From Lama guanicoe (taxonomy: Eukaryota), in contig MU055657.1 of the NCBI GenBank assembly GCA_013239625.1, positions 17,158,969-17,222,968 on the forward strand: a stretch of DNA of 64,000 nucleotides, in the 5' to 3' direction. The first letter of the stretch is position 1; the number at the start of each line of letters is the position of its first letter. The notes under the pieces were generated by a model. The model searched no databases and had not been told where the DNA came from. It saw only the letters and a program-made list of their open reading frames with translations. A program made the position numbers and the translations under genes. Shown here in pieces: positions 1-12,500 of the stretch.

Positions 1-400
1 TATGTGTCAGGCAATAAGATAACCACCAGATACAAAAATAAAAGATATACTTTTTGCATCTCAGGAAGAAAAGAACAAATACCTGAAATTCAGAGTTACA
101 GTGTGCAGGAACATGTATAGGGAGCAGGAGCCAGAGCTCAGTCCTGACAGCCTGAGCAAAGAGGATCTTGTTTGCTGTTGGCTTTTGTTTGTTTTACCTG
201 AAATAGAAGAAAGGATTGGAGGAATTAGGTAAATCAAGAGCTGTGAGGAAGAACACTCAAGACAGAAGGAAGAACAAGCACAAAAGAGCTGAAGGAAGAG
301 AGAGGATGGTGTGTTGAGAGAATAGTGAATGGTTCCCAGCCCATAGCTGAGATGCAAGGTACTCTTTGTGAGAAGGTCAGTGCTAGCAAAGAAGAGTTAG

Positions 401-866
401 TACAGTTGGCTTAATAATATTCCCCAAAAGATACACATCTCTAGTCCTTAGAACCCGAGAATGTTACGTTACATGGGCTAACATGTCGATGGAGGTGTGG
501 TTAAGGAACTTGAGATTTTACTAGATTGTCTGAGTGTTCCCTAAATGCAATCACATATATCCTCAGAAGAGGAAGGCAGAGGGAAATGTGACACACAGAG
601 AAGAGAAGGCAATGTGGCTACTGAGGCATAGACTGAAGAGATGTAACCACAAGCCAAAGAATGGCAGCAGCTACCAGGAGCTGGAAGAGGCAAGGAAGGG
701 AGACTGCAGGGTGTCCTGAGGGAGCAGAGTCCTGCTCTCATCTTGATTTCAGCCAAGTAGTACTGAGTTTGGATTTCTGGTTTCCAGAACTGCAAGATAA
801 TACATTTCTGTTATTTTAACCCATGAAGTCTGTGCTAATTTGTTAAGCAGCCCCAGGAAATAAACA
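401..866 (+). mobile_element. MaLR solo LTR (MLT1C/MLT1D-like)
   Basis: Typical MLT1 motifs: 'cacaagccaaagaatggcagcagctaccaggagctggaagaggcaaggaa', 'ttctggtttccagaactgcaagataatacatttctgttattttaa' and the terminus 'gcagccccaggaaataaaca'. Confidence 0.85.
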
Positions 867-1147
867 GTTGATAAGGGCCAATCTAGATGAGTGAAAGCTT
901 GCATGATAAACTAAGCAATTTGTACTGTAACATCAGATTAATGAAATAAAATCATTTTTTTCAATAAGGAATTTATAATCATAAAAATTGAATAGGTAGT
1001 GAAAAATATATCTTCAATTACAATGCAAGCATATAATCTTACCATGTGTGTTTTTTTAAAAGCATAGTTTTCATATTGATCATTCTCTTTACCTATACGT
1101 ATATATTAATTATTTTTATGTCTGTGTGAAATAAAATTCATATTTTA

Positions 1148-1567
1148 TGTCAAGTCAAGAAAAATTTAAATATGAAAAAAATTTGTCTGCCCTTTGGCCT
1201 CCTCTGTCCCCTCTTCTGTGCATTGTGTTTCTGCATTACACATCGATCAAACCTCCCCATAGGCAGAAGTACTTGCTCAACCATAAAAGCAACATTCTCT
1301 TAACACCAACAAGACAACTTCTTAAAAGGTAACTATTCCTTCTTGATCTTGTAAGGGACCACAATGACGCTTAGCTTTGGACTGTGTAAACTGTCAATAA
1401 TACATCATTTAATGTATAGCCCCTCTGTCTCAAAATATATAACTGTACCTTGACTCCTAATGAGCAGAACAGGTCTCAGAGCTTTCTGGGTTATAATCCT
1501 CAAATTTGGCTTGAATAAAATTTTCCACTTCTTTCTTAGATTGAATATCGATAAATTTTTGTCAACA
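1148..1567 (+). mobile_element. ERV1-type solo LTR (lineage-specific)
   Basis: TG...CA ends (tgtcaag...gtcaaca), TATA-like 'aaatatataac', then 'tctcagagctttctgggttataatcctcaaatttggcttgaataaaa' with AATAAA ~50 bp before the end. No clear TSD. Confidence 0.65.
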
Positions 1568-4321
1568 TCTCAGTACTTTATTTCACCAAAAAGGCTATGA
1601 ATCTTAAACTTACTAGGTTATTTTTCCTTTTGACAGTTTTATCAAATCTATTCATATGCCATGGGAAGATGTACAAACACATAAAATACTACACACAAAT
1701 GTAAAGGTATTGCTAAATCTGCTGAAACGAAATCATCCATTCCATGGGACTTCTTGGAAACTTTAGATAGGACCGATTTTAAAACAATCTATCCATGTTA
1801 AAACTTGCAAATCAACTATGTAAACTTTTTCAGAATTTACTTTCAAATTCTTAGCCATTGTGATCACAGAGCAGAGAAAGAACTCTTATACTGTATCATT
1901 TGATGATAGTGAGTAAAAATGAAAAGCAATTTGATTTTACTCCCTCTCTGTCTAACCAGCAGCATTACTTTAGAGAAGTTACCTTAAGGTTTTCTTTCAG
2001 ATTTCCATTTATAAATTTCTGGAGCTACATAAATTATTCTGTAAGGCCCTTTTCAGTTCTACTCCTCTATTTTTCTACTTCTCTATATTATAGAAGTAAG
2101 TCCACATAATAATTTTAGAACAATTAACTACTCAGGAAAAGCAGACAAGGTGCATTGTAAAGTTAGAGCATCCAAGAAGGAAGTGAATTGTGGGACAGTT
2201 AACATTGCTGTTCTCTTCTATAACTTCTGAGAAGATTGTTAGATTTTTGACATGTAAACTTGCTTCCTAAGAGCATGCAGATAGGTTTTCTGGATCATGC
2301 GATATATAGTCGTTCATTCCTGCTAATCAGACAGATGTCTAATTCCAATTTAGAGTGTGTTAGTTATTGAAAGTCTGTTTCATGGGCACAGCCTCTACTG
2401 CAGTGCAAATGGTCAGTCAATGCATCTTGAAAATAATCCTTCTTGAAAATAGAAATAAATGTGCAAACATATCTGTCTGAAATGTGCACAATTCTCAATA
2501 TTATCACTCTAATTAAAATAGCTCAGGAAATCAGTAACCAATAAATAGTATATCTGGGAATTCAAAAAATAATTGCATCCATTTAATATTGATTACATGC
2601 CTGCATTCTCATATTTTCCAGTATGTAGTGATTTACCTTGCTATAAAGGATGAACTAGAGACTGCAGACTACATTGACTATATTTGCTCTGCACAGTGCT
2701 TGGCACGTGGTAGTGGATAATGTGACAGTTAATATATGTTTTGATCAGATTTGATGACTCTGAATTATCCTTCTCTTTCTTCACATCATTTCATCTATGA
2801 CAAAATTAAAATTACAATGGTCTTTTAGGATATGCCTGGAATTTTTATTTTGAAAGAAAATATTTCTCTATCAAGAATAAAAATTTTAATATATTTGTAA
2901 ACTCAGTACCCTTCATTAAATCTTATATTCCTCATGTAAATGTTGGTGTTACTTAGCCTGTGGCAATCAACTACAGCACGACTTTATAATTATTTATAGA
3001 ATTAATTAATTTTACCATTATGTATATGACACTGTCCACATGTCAGGAATATTTCATTTATGTATACATTTAAAGATCATAGAGAATTATATACTATATC
3101 TGCTTAAAATAAAACTTATTAATAAAGCTGCTATATTGGTTTATGTTTCAATAAACTGTCAAAATTATCTAAATTAATTTAATATGCATATTATTTCTAA
3201 ATATTCATGATACATGTACCTATTTTAATAAAATAAGTTTTCATACTTTATAAAAATTTAATATTGTATGCCATTTAACTAACATCCTAAATGTACTAAC
3301 CAAACATTATATGTAAACAATAATATAGCTAGTTCATGGACTCAATGGATAATCACCTCTCATTAATCATTTTGAGTATTAATCACTTTTGTAAATGCCA
3401 ATTTTCACTTTTGGAGTGATTTCATTCAAAAGTATATCTATATAGCTATAATTAGATTATGAAATCATCATAAAGTATGTAAAATTATTAGATAAAATAT
3501 ATTGAATCAAAATCACACACCTGCTATTTTAAAGGTAGTATACTTTAGTATTAACACTAATATTTCACCCATTTGACAGATTGCAATACCAGGTAAAGAG
3601 AATTAATATGACTTGCCCACCACATAAAGGAAACATTCTGATTCAACCATAATCAGCAGTGCTGAAGACTCCAGTCGCTGGGATTCATTTCGATTCTGAA
3701 TAAGTGCGATAATGCTTATTCCTGACCTCACTTATTCACAGAGCAAGTGAACAATGTAGGAGGTGGAAAAAAGAGACATGGTAACAGATATATAAGTATA
3801 TAAATCAAGATGTCTGATGTAAATATATCCTGAAGCATTTACAGGTTCAATCAAAATAATTTACTCAAAGGTATTGGCAATTCTGGTCTACAGATAAGAA
3901 CGGACTGCCTATACCGTAGACACTAAACACTCCTTTGAACCAAGTGAGAATATAAATCAGTAAGCAAAGAAAAGTTTTCAAAGCTTATTCCAAACAGAAC
4001 TTCAACACCCAACAAAGCTGTAACAAGCAAGAACATGCATAGATCAGCCTGCTGTGCAGCCAACACAGGAGGTAGCTTTGTTCAACTCAGGCTTTGAGCT
4101 GACCTGGGGCTTAATAGGCAGTCACTGCACCAAGCTCTTCAAACTGCAGCACTGGCCACAAATCAAAAAAACAGGCTCCTCCTGCATCCATGACTTTTGC
4201 TAGAGCTGAATATATAGGCTATTGAAACTGACTGGCATAGTTATGTAGGTAAGAAGGACATATCATCTACACTTGAGTGCATGCAAATATTTGTATAATA
4301 CTCAAAACAATGATTATATAT

Positions 4322-5491
4322 ATTCATTTTAACCAACTACAATTTATGTAATTTGTTGTATTGTTATTTAAAATTTTAAATAAGCATGAATTTTATGAAA
4401 AAGGAAAGATTGTTAAAGCTGGAATATTTCTAAAGGTAATAATATCCCATTTTAGAATTTGGAAGAAATATTTCTCTAAGTATTTGAGATTCACATAATG
4501 GCATTGCATGTATACATATATAACAAATTAGAAGCCATTCACCTAACACTTTCTCACAAGCATCTTAACAGAAGTCATCTATTAGATCAGATACACACAC
4601 ACACACATATATATGTTCAATGAAATATACATGATGATTATTCAACAGACTGAAGATGCTGGAAAAATGAGGAGTCACTTTCAGGTCTTAAACTTTTTGA
4701 CAAAGTCTCTGGTTTTCAGACAAAGGCAATTGTAAGAAAGCTAAACTCACTCATCAGAATTTGGTTTGGTGGCAATATAAGATGGTATTATTGTTGATAC
4801 TGGATTACAAGAATGGATATCTGCTCTTTGCGTTTTACAACCCCATATTTCCCATTTATTAGAAAAAATCTCTGCCTCACAGATATGTAAATTGATTCAT
4901 TGTTTTTGACTATAGTCTCTCTACTGAAAACTGTCAGTTGAACTGCCAGATATAAACTTACGTTATTATAACTTGCCGTAATTACAGTGTTGATTACTAA
5001 AATAGCATTACACTTCATTTATCTTGAAGGAACACTGCATCAAAAAATAAATAAAAATAAAAAACAGAATTTGATGCAGATGTTGTACTGTTAAAAATCT
5101 TCAGAAATAAAACAGTGTTAATGATTTATTAAATTGTGAATCACAATTTGAGATAGCAGAGTATAAAAATAATTGTTTTAATTTTTTGCAGATACAATTT
5201 TGAGCTTTAATATATGAGACAATCCTCATTTAGAGTGATAACTTCTATTAGGATGTTTGTGAGAAAATATTAGGTAAACTGGCTTTAAATTTGTTCTATA
5301 TATACATGCAATGCCATTATGTTAACTCAATTATTTTGAAGTATTTCTCTCAAATTCTAAAAATGAGTTACTGTTGTCTTCAGAAATATTGTCTCCAACA
5401 TTCTGTTCTTTTTAATAAAATTTATATTCATTTAAAATTTTAAAATAACAATGTAACAAGTTATATAAATTCATAATTGCTTAAAATGAAT
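4322..5491. repeat. Long degenerate inverted repeat (arms ~4322-4579 and ~5237-5491), possibly an ancient DNA transposon
   Basis: 4493-4514 'acataatggcattgcatgtata' is the exact reverse complement of 5301-5322. Outer ends 'attcattttaa'/'ttaaaatgaat' match, and colinear similarity runs over ~260 bp. Confidence 0.85.
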
Positions 5492-6299
5492 TGATCAGCT
5501 TAAAGCTGGAATGATGTGGTAAGAAAGGCATTCCATCTTACAGATAAAATCAGAATTCTAATTCTTCCAATAAAGTTATCTGTGACTGTTTTTAAGACAT
5601 CATTTACTCTCTCTGTAACTCAGTATACAAAATAATCACATTCTACTCAATTACGTCTAAAACATGTAAAAAAATCTAAAACTTGACGTAGCCATTATTT
5701 AAAATGTATTTAACAGAAGCACAAAAATTTCACCTATTAAAATTGATTATATTAAATAATACAGTGCTGCACTAAACAGCTACAATGGTTGACTTATCTC
5801 ACAATAAGAATATTGAGGTCAATTTTTCATGTTAAATTGACACTTGGCCTTTCATAAACATTTAGAAAATAGGAAATACAGGCTCATTTATGAGAAAAGA
5901 TTTTCTTTACTTAACTAAATGTAGCAGAGACACTACCCTTGGATGGTTTTGCTTATGCATTTTACTGAGTGTTGAAATACATATTTTATGACACTCAGAA
6001 GCAGTATTACCTAAAGGTCTGGAATTTTTTAGTATATAGATTGTGCACGTGTGTCTTTACTTTTATGAAGAAAGATACCATGTGCTTAATTCTCATTATC
6101 AGTGGTAGTAGAATAGCAAACATCTTTTAGCATAATTTTTTAAAAATATTTTCTTCATTCTGTGAATAAAACTTTAAGTTAAATTTAATAATAGAATTTA
6201 TGCAAAAATGGGAAATATTTATGATATAGAGAAAAACAATCCATAGGTGAAAGCCAGCTATTTGGTTTGACTATGGTGTGTGCCAAAGCTAATTTTAAA

Positions 6300-6720
6300 A
6301 TAGATTAAAAACTTATGTGAGAAAAGCATGATATTAAACAATTTATTAAAGTAGATTAGAATCTTTCTGAGAAGTCATGGTAGCATGTTATTTCTTAACA
6401 AGATGCAAAAAGCATAAAGCACAAAGGGAAATTAATTAGTTTGACCACATTAAAATAAATACATTCTGTAAGACTTTAAACAAAGAAAAAAAACAAGCCA
6501 CAAATTGTGGGAAAAAAGGCATTTACAATCCACAGAACTAACAAAGACATCTATAAGGAGCTGTTAAAAATTATGAGCCATAAAAAAATTGGAGAACTTC
6601 TCTAGTCATCAGGGAAATGTGAATTAAAAATAATTTGATGAAATTGTTCACCCAGTATTTTTGCAAAAATTTAAAAATCTGAAAATTTAAATCTTACTAG
6701 AGTTTTTAAAAGAGCTATTA
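6300..6720 (+). mobile_element. Old L1 (L1M) ORF2 3' fragment
   Basis: 'gcaaaaagcataaagcacaaagggaaattaattagtttgaccacattaaaat', 'aaacaagccacaaattgtgggaaaa' and 'ctagtcatcagggaaatgtgaattaaaa' match the late ORF2 of L1M elements. Confidence 0.6.
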
Positions 6721-7399
6721 TACAAGGCAATGATTTAATTTTGCTTGCATTCAACCATATATCCATTTGTACAGATAACATTTATTGATACTCATCATTT
6801 TGATTTGAATTAGTAATTATATACCTCTGCCATATCCTTTAGTCTCTCTCTTATTCACATACTTAAGCACATACATGCATGCACACATGCACAGACATAA
6901 ACTCACACAGAGAAATATCTTTTAAAATTTTCTAATCCATTGATATATTGTTGCTATTACTCAACTCTACCACTTGTCCATTTTGTGCCAATTTTTTAGA
7001 AGTTTTTTTATTTCTCATAGGGACAACTTTATCGTCTTCAATAATTTTTAGAATTTTATGCTTACAAAAGAATAGTATAACCAAATTGCTAAGATTTGTG
7101 AATAATCCTACAGGAACTGGGATGAAAACTTCACGGACATTGTTTCAGCATTTCACCTCATTACCTACAGCATCATTAAGTTATAATTTATCTACCTGAA
7201 AATAAATTAAGTCACATCAATAACAAGAGTCCTTTAGCAATGAAGCTAATTCTCTATTTCTTTACAAAAAAATCTTTGAAAGAGAAGTCCATAAATATTT
7301 TTTCTTCTGTTCTTTTTCTCTCTGGAACTATTTCAATGAACTATTTGTAAAAAGAAATCAATTGAATGAGATTTTATCAAGGATAACAATCACTTGGAA

Positions 7400-7895
7400 A
7401 TTATTACATCTAGTGGTTAATTTTCACTTCTTGTATAATTTCACCTATGAACAGTATTTTATGCCATTGATCATACTTTCCTTCCTGTAACCATGTTTCT
7501 CCTAGTTTCCAGGACCTTATACTTTGTTTTTACTAACCCACTGGTTATTTCTTCCCAGTTTTCTTTTCTAGATTCTCCTCCTATCCATGACGCCTAAATT
7601 TTAGGGTATCTTAGAGCACAGTTCTAGGATGACTCCTTTTGTCTGTCTATATTATCCAATCTCAAGGCTTTAAATACATCCATAAATTAACAGTTCCTCA
7701 CTTTATATTTCTACTAAACTTTTCCCTTAAACTCCAGACTCATTTATCTAAGTCCCTACTAGAATTTGTATTTAAATATTGAATAAGCTTCTCAACTTAA
7801 ATCTCTTTAAGTCCTGATACAATGCCCCACTTTTGCCCAGATTCTCCTTCAGTTTTATTCAACTCAAAAAATGGCAAATTCATATTTCAAGTTGC
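7400..7895 (+). mobile_element. L2 fragment
   Basis: 'ggctttaaatacatccat', 'aaactccagactcatttatctaagtccctact' and 'aaatggcaaattcatatttcaagttgc' are L2 RT/3' motifs. Confidence 0.65.
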
Positions 7896-7899
7896 AGAT

Positions 7900-8522
7900 C
7901 TAGTCTGTTCCTCTTCATCCCCATTGCAAATAATAACACTGGAAAGTTAATTTTTATGGTCACTTGGTTTGTTTCAGATAGTAGAAGATACCACTCTTTG
8001 AAGTAGTAAATATCAGGAAATCTAACTATCATTTTATATTTGTTTTCCTTGAGAATTCTCATATCTCCAGGTATCTGGAACACTGATGATTTATTTAATA
8101 TTTTTCCCAATTATTAATAAAATAACCAGCACTTTTAATTGTGTGCTCTGCATTCAATTTTGTTGATCTTTTCCTCCTGACATTGTAAATTAAAAAAAAA
8201 AAAGTTCTTTATGAAAGGAAAGTACTTAGCCTTTTTTGTGTTCTTTCATATCTGTGGAAGACATTTTTAAACATCTGGAGATTATTGGGCATGGAAATTC
8301 CCTTCCTCTGAAACTACCAGAGAGCCTTCTTGCTGGTGGGACATGCCCTTCTCCCAGGAATGACTTTGTTTTGCATATGTCTGAGTGAGAAATAAACGTG
8401 TGCCTTCTTTATGAATGTTGCTTTCATGTGGCGTGTTTTGACATCCCATACCTTATAAAAGGGAGGAAGTGGTGATCCAAGATATAGTCCCAGCAAAAGG
8501 GACTATAGGTGACATTGTAACA
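7900..8522 (+). mobile_element. Probable old LTR (ERVL-like), 5' boundary uncertain
   Basis: AATAAA at ~8391 followed by an end at 'tgtaaca'. Family not recognised. Confidence 0.35.
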
Positions 8523-8665
8523 GAAACTATTGTAAATAAAATTCGTCTTTTAAATTTCATTTTTCATTTGTTTGTCAAGTATACGGAAAAATTAGAATTA
8601 ACTTTTTGTATGAAACTGCTTAACTTTGCTAAATTCACATAATGTTCTAGTTGTTCTGTAGATTC

Positions 8666-9180
8666 TGCCAACTAAAAATTGTCACTTGCCATCTGTTTCT
8701 TTAAGAATGAAGTAATTAGCCACTGCTGTCACTGACATTCAACATACCCTGAAAGGAGTTCGGGGTGGGGATCAGGAATGAGGCACTCTGTGCTCTGGAG
8801 AAAGCTGGCAGAACAGGCCTCCATGTAGTTAGATACTGTCAGGAGATTTTATGAGCCCAATTTTCTGCATCTTCTCGTATCTAGAAAATTACTAAAATCT
8901 TTAGCCATTGACAGAGACATCTATTCCTCGTGACTAGCATCATTTTTGCGACTATTAGCAAGCCTCAGCCAAAATACGTGCTTGATTGCAGGTGTCCCAC
9001 TTTACTAAAATCATATATAATATAGACTTCCATGCATACCTCTTCAGAGCAGGTCCTCAGAAAATATCTGAGAAATATCTGAGAGGCTGTCTCCTGGGCT
9101 GTAGTCCTCATTTTGCCCCCCAGTAAAACTTAACTCAGAACTCTCACATTGTGCTTTTTTGTTTTTGTTTTCAGTCTACA
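8666..9180 (+). mobile_element. ERV1-type solo LTR (cetartiodactyl-type) inserted in L1
   Basis: TG...CA ends with near-duplicated flanks GATTC/GATTT. Motifs 'ccctgaaaggagttcggggtggggatcaggaatgaggcactctgtgct' and 'gaggctgtctcctgggctgtagtcctcattttgcccc..agtaaaacttaactc'. Confidence 0.8.
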
Positions 9181-10707
9181 GATTTTTTTTTACAATTTCT
9201 CTGTAAACAATCGTGTTCCCTGGGAATAGACAGTTTTATGTTTTCTTTTCCAAATGTTACATCATTTTCCCCCCTTTTTAAAATCTCTGGTCAAGGTATC
9301 CAATACAGTGTTGAAATGGAGATAGATGTCCTGAATGTGTTCTCAATTCTAGGGGAAAATCTTTGAATATTTTACCATTAAGTTAGTATATTGTTAGCTG
9401 TAAATTTTTTTCTCCTATTTTCATCTTTTTTTTTTCATGGGTGTCCTTCATTTGTTAGAGGAAATTGTTTTCAATTGTAAATTTGCAAATTGCAAATTTA
9501 TCATGAGTGTTGAGCTTTTTCTTTTTCCTTTGCATCCATTAAAATAATTTTTTTTTCTCTTTAATTTTGTGAATTATGTTGATTCATTTTTCCAATGTCA
9601 AACCACACTTGAAATTCTGGTCATCATTTTATGTCATCATTGGTATTCATTTTATGTATTGGTAGATCCTATATATTAACATTTTAATATTAATGTTTAT
9701 AAGTTATTCCAGTTTTTGGCAGCTGTTTTATAAAGATTATGCTGGCCTCATGAAACAATTTAGGGAAATTTTCCTCCTTTATATTGTGAAAGTAAGATTC
9801 CAATCATTTCGTCTTTAGATGATTGATTGAAATTACTGTTTAGCAATGAAATCACTGATGTCTTGAATTTATGTGGCAGGATTTGGAGAATACCTTCAAT
9901 GTATTTTACAGATACAAACCTATTTAGATTTTTATTCATCATATGCTAGTTCTGGTCTATTATAGTTTTCAAGAATTGATTACTTTCATGTAAGCTGTCT
10001 AATTTATTGACATAATGCTATTTATAACATTCTCATGACATTTCTTTCTATGTCTACAGGGAGATCTCTTTTCTTTCATGCCTGTTTTTGGCATGTATGT
10101 TATCTCTGTTTTCTTGATTATTCTAAAAGTTTATCAGCATTGCTTAACTTTTCAAAAAGCCAGCTTTTGGTTTGCTTAATTTTCTCTATTGTTTGTTTTC
10201 TATCACCTATTTTTCAGTCTGAAATTTTAGTATTTCCTTCATTTTATTTGCTTTGATTTATTTTGCCATTTTCCCCTTATCTTTCTAATTTAGAAGGTTA
10301 TACCATTGATTTTGTATTTTTCTTCCTAACATAAGCATTTCTAAAGCTATAAATTTTTCTCTAAGCATCTTTTGGTCTAAGTTGCAGGGATTTTGATAGC
10401 TCTTATTTTCTTTATATTTCTGTTAAAATATTTTTAATATCCCTTATGATTTTCTCTTTGACCCAACATTTATTTAAAAGTATGTTGCTAACTTATAATG
10501 GTTATTATTTTTAAACTATTTTGTTTGTTTTTGGTGATATCTAATTTTTCTGTCATAAATTTAGACATGGATTAATTTCCATTTCTCTTGCTCAGGACTT
10601 AGACTTCTTCATTTTGTCTTTCATCAATCTGAAAAAGCTTCAAAAAAATTTCCTATTCTCTCTTTCAGAATTCCTATTAAACTTTTGTCAAATGTGCTAA
10701 ATATACT

Positions 10708-11257
10708 TGTTTTATTTTCCTGGGCCTGCCATATAAAATTACCACAAACTTGGTAGCTTAAGAAACAGAAATTTCTGCAAAAATTTATTCTTTCACAGTT
10801 TTTGGAGGCTAGAGTCTGATTAAGGTGTGGGCAGGGCTGCACTCCTAGGAGACTTTTAAAATCCAAACCCATCAGAGTCTGAGCAGAGTTAAATTGTCTA
10901 GAATGGCACATCTAGTCTTGCTATTTTGTCATAGTTTGCCTTCCTCAAATTCTCTATGGGAGAATTATGCTTCTAGCTTCTGCTAGTGACTGACATTCCT
11001 TAACCGAAGGCCATATCACTCCAGTTTCTGCCTTCATCTTTACATCATTTTTTTTTTCCTGCTGTCTATCCAATCTCCCTTTGCCTTATTAGTTGGACTA
11101 GGACCCTGTTGTATGGTCCAGGATGATCTCATCTCAAGATTCTTTACTTAATGAAATTTTTTTTAAAAAAGTCTTTTTCCGAATCAGGTAATAGTCACAG
11201 GTTCCACGAATTAAAATGTGGACGTATCTTTGAGGGACCACCATTTAACCCACGATA
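10708..11257 (-). mobile_element. MaLR solo LTR (MLT1C/D-like) carrying a foreign ~95-bp insert
   Basis: Antisense MLT1: 'aaattaccacaaacttggtagcttaag..aatttattctttcacagtttttggaggctagagtctga', 'ccaggatgatctcatctcaagat' and 'ccaccatttaacccac'. Confidence 0.8.
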
Positions 11258-11298
11258 ATCCTTCTCATTGTTTAAAATTATAGCAACTACATGATACA

Positions 11299-11656
11299 TG
11301 TATTATTCAGGGCTCTCCAGAGATACTAAACCAATGGGGGTGGGAGAGATGGAGGAAGGGTTGGTAATTACACAATTATAGGGACTGGCAAGACTGAAAC
11401 TGACAGAGCAAGCCAGTATACTGAACATCCAGGCAAGAGTTTATGTTGCTGTTCAAGTCCAAAGGCAATCTGGAGGCATTATCCAGGAGACCTCAGTCTT
11501 TTCTTTTAAGGCTTTCAATTTGCTTTACTCAAAGGTTACTAGCTGAAACGTTAATCTCATCTAAAATACGCATTCACTGGACATCTAGACTGGTGTTAGA
11601 TCAAATATCTGGATACTGTGGCCTAGTCAAGTTGGCACATAAAATTAACTATCACA
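11299..11656 (-). mobile_element. ERVL solo LTR (MLT2-like)
   Basis: Begins 'tgtattattcagggctctccagaga' and ends 'ggcctagtcaagttggcacataaaattaactatcaca', the characteristic MLT2 termini. Confidence 0.85.
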
Positions 11657-11911
11657 ACTTATCTCCATAATTTTATTTTTATTCTTTGTTCAAACCTCTC
11701 TGTTTCCTTTGCTTGATACTTCTGTATCTTCTTTCTCTTTATATCTTACAGATTTTCTTGATTATTTGTTTGTGTGAAAAAGTTCCTGTGCCTATAGCTT
11801 TTTTAATTTTATCTTTTAAGACTACCTCATTTATATTATTTCCTTGTAGTTTTTTTGTTTGTTTGTTTTTAAATTGTGATCTCATCTTTAACCATGAGCG
11901 TTTCCTTTCTG

Positions 11912-12005
11912 TGAGGATCTCATTTGCTTCTGGGCATGTAGTGTTTTACATTTTGCTGAGGATCTCATTTGCTTCTGGGCATGTAGTGTTTTACATTTTG
12001 CTGAG
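11912..12005. repeat. Perfect 45-bp tandem duplication
   Basis: 'tgaggatctcatttgcttctgggcatgtagtgttttacattttgc' at 11912-11956 and 11957-12001, followed by 'tgag'. Confidence 0.97.
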
Positions 12006-12500
12006 ATTTTTTTTTTCCCCATAAAGGTACTGTAAATCTGGGCCCCATACCCTCTAGCATTGATTTCCCAAATGAGCAGAGTGCCTAAACAGAGATTTTG
12101 TTTATTGTTTGTTTAGCTTTTTCTTTTTCCCCTGCATGGGGTTGGAGAAGTCCACTCAAGGGCAATCCTTTATCAGAATTCTTGATAATCTCAAATGGAA
12201 AGTTCTTGTTCATCAAAAACCATGTTTCGTTAGACTATTCTTCTCCTATTTGAGAAGTCACTTACTTGCCCCTTCTCACTCATCTTTCAGGACCAAACTC
12301 TTCTATTCTATTCATTTTTTAGGGAAAAAATTATATTTTCATGAAAACTTTTGAAAAACCCATATAAAGAGCTTATCTCTGTAGTTTTTTAAAATTTTTG
12401 TTTGTTTGTCTTGTTTTACTCAGATCAGATAGAGAATAATAGTCTCTTGGCATACATTCTAAAAAAGAGAAGAATGGAACTATATTGAAAACAACCAAAT

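Larger units (their letters stand above)
8530..12460 (-). mobile_element. Old L1M (antisense ORF2 towards the 5' region) fragmented by three younger LTR insertions
   Basis: T-rich antisense L1 motifs ('caatacagtgttgaaatgg', 'ttttaccattaagt..tatattgttagctgta', 'ttatgctggcctcatgaaac', 'tttcaaaaagccagcttttggtttg') resume on either side of the inserted LTRs. The part beyond 10700 is less certain. Confidence 0.65.

Noticed and set aside
8483..8507. Perfect 9-bp stem 'tatagtccc-agcaaaa-gggactata'
   Set aside because: Too short to exceed chance in 64 kb, and it lies within a probable LTR.
9478..9500. 11-bp-arm palindrome containing octamer-like ATTTGCAA
   Set aside because: Explained by slippage duplication of 'tgcaaat' inside a decayed L1.
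11686..12024. 112-aa ORF with a repeated 'RISFASGHVVFYILL' motif
   Set aside because: It is simply the in-frame 45-bp DNA duplication inside decayed repeat sequence.
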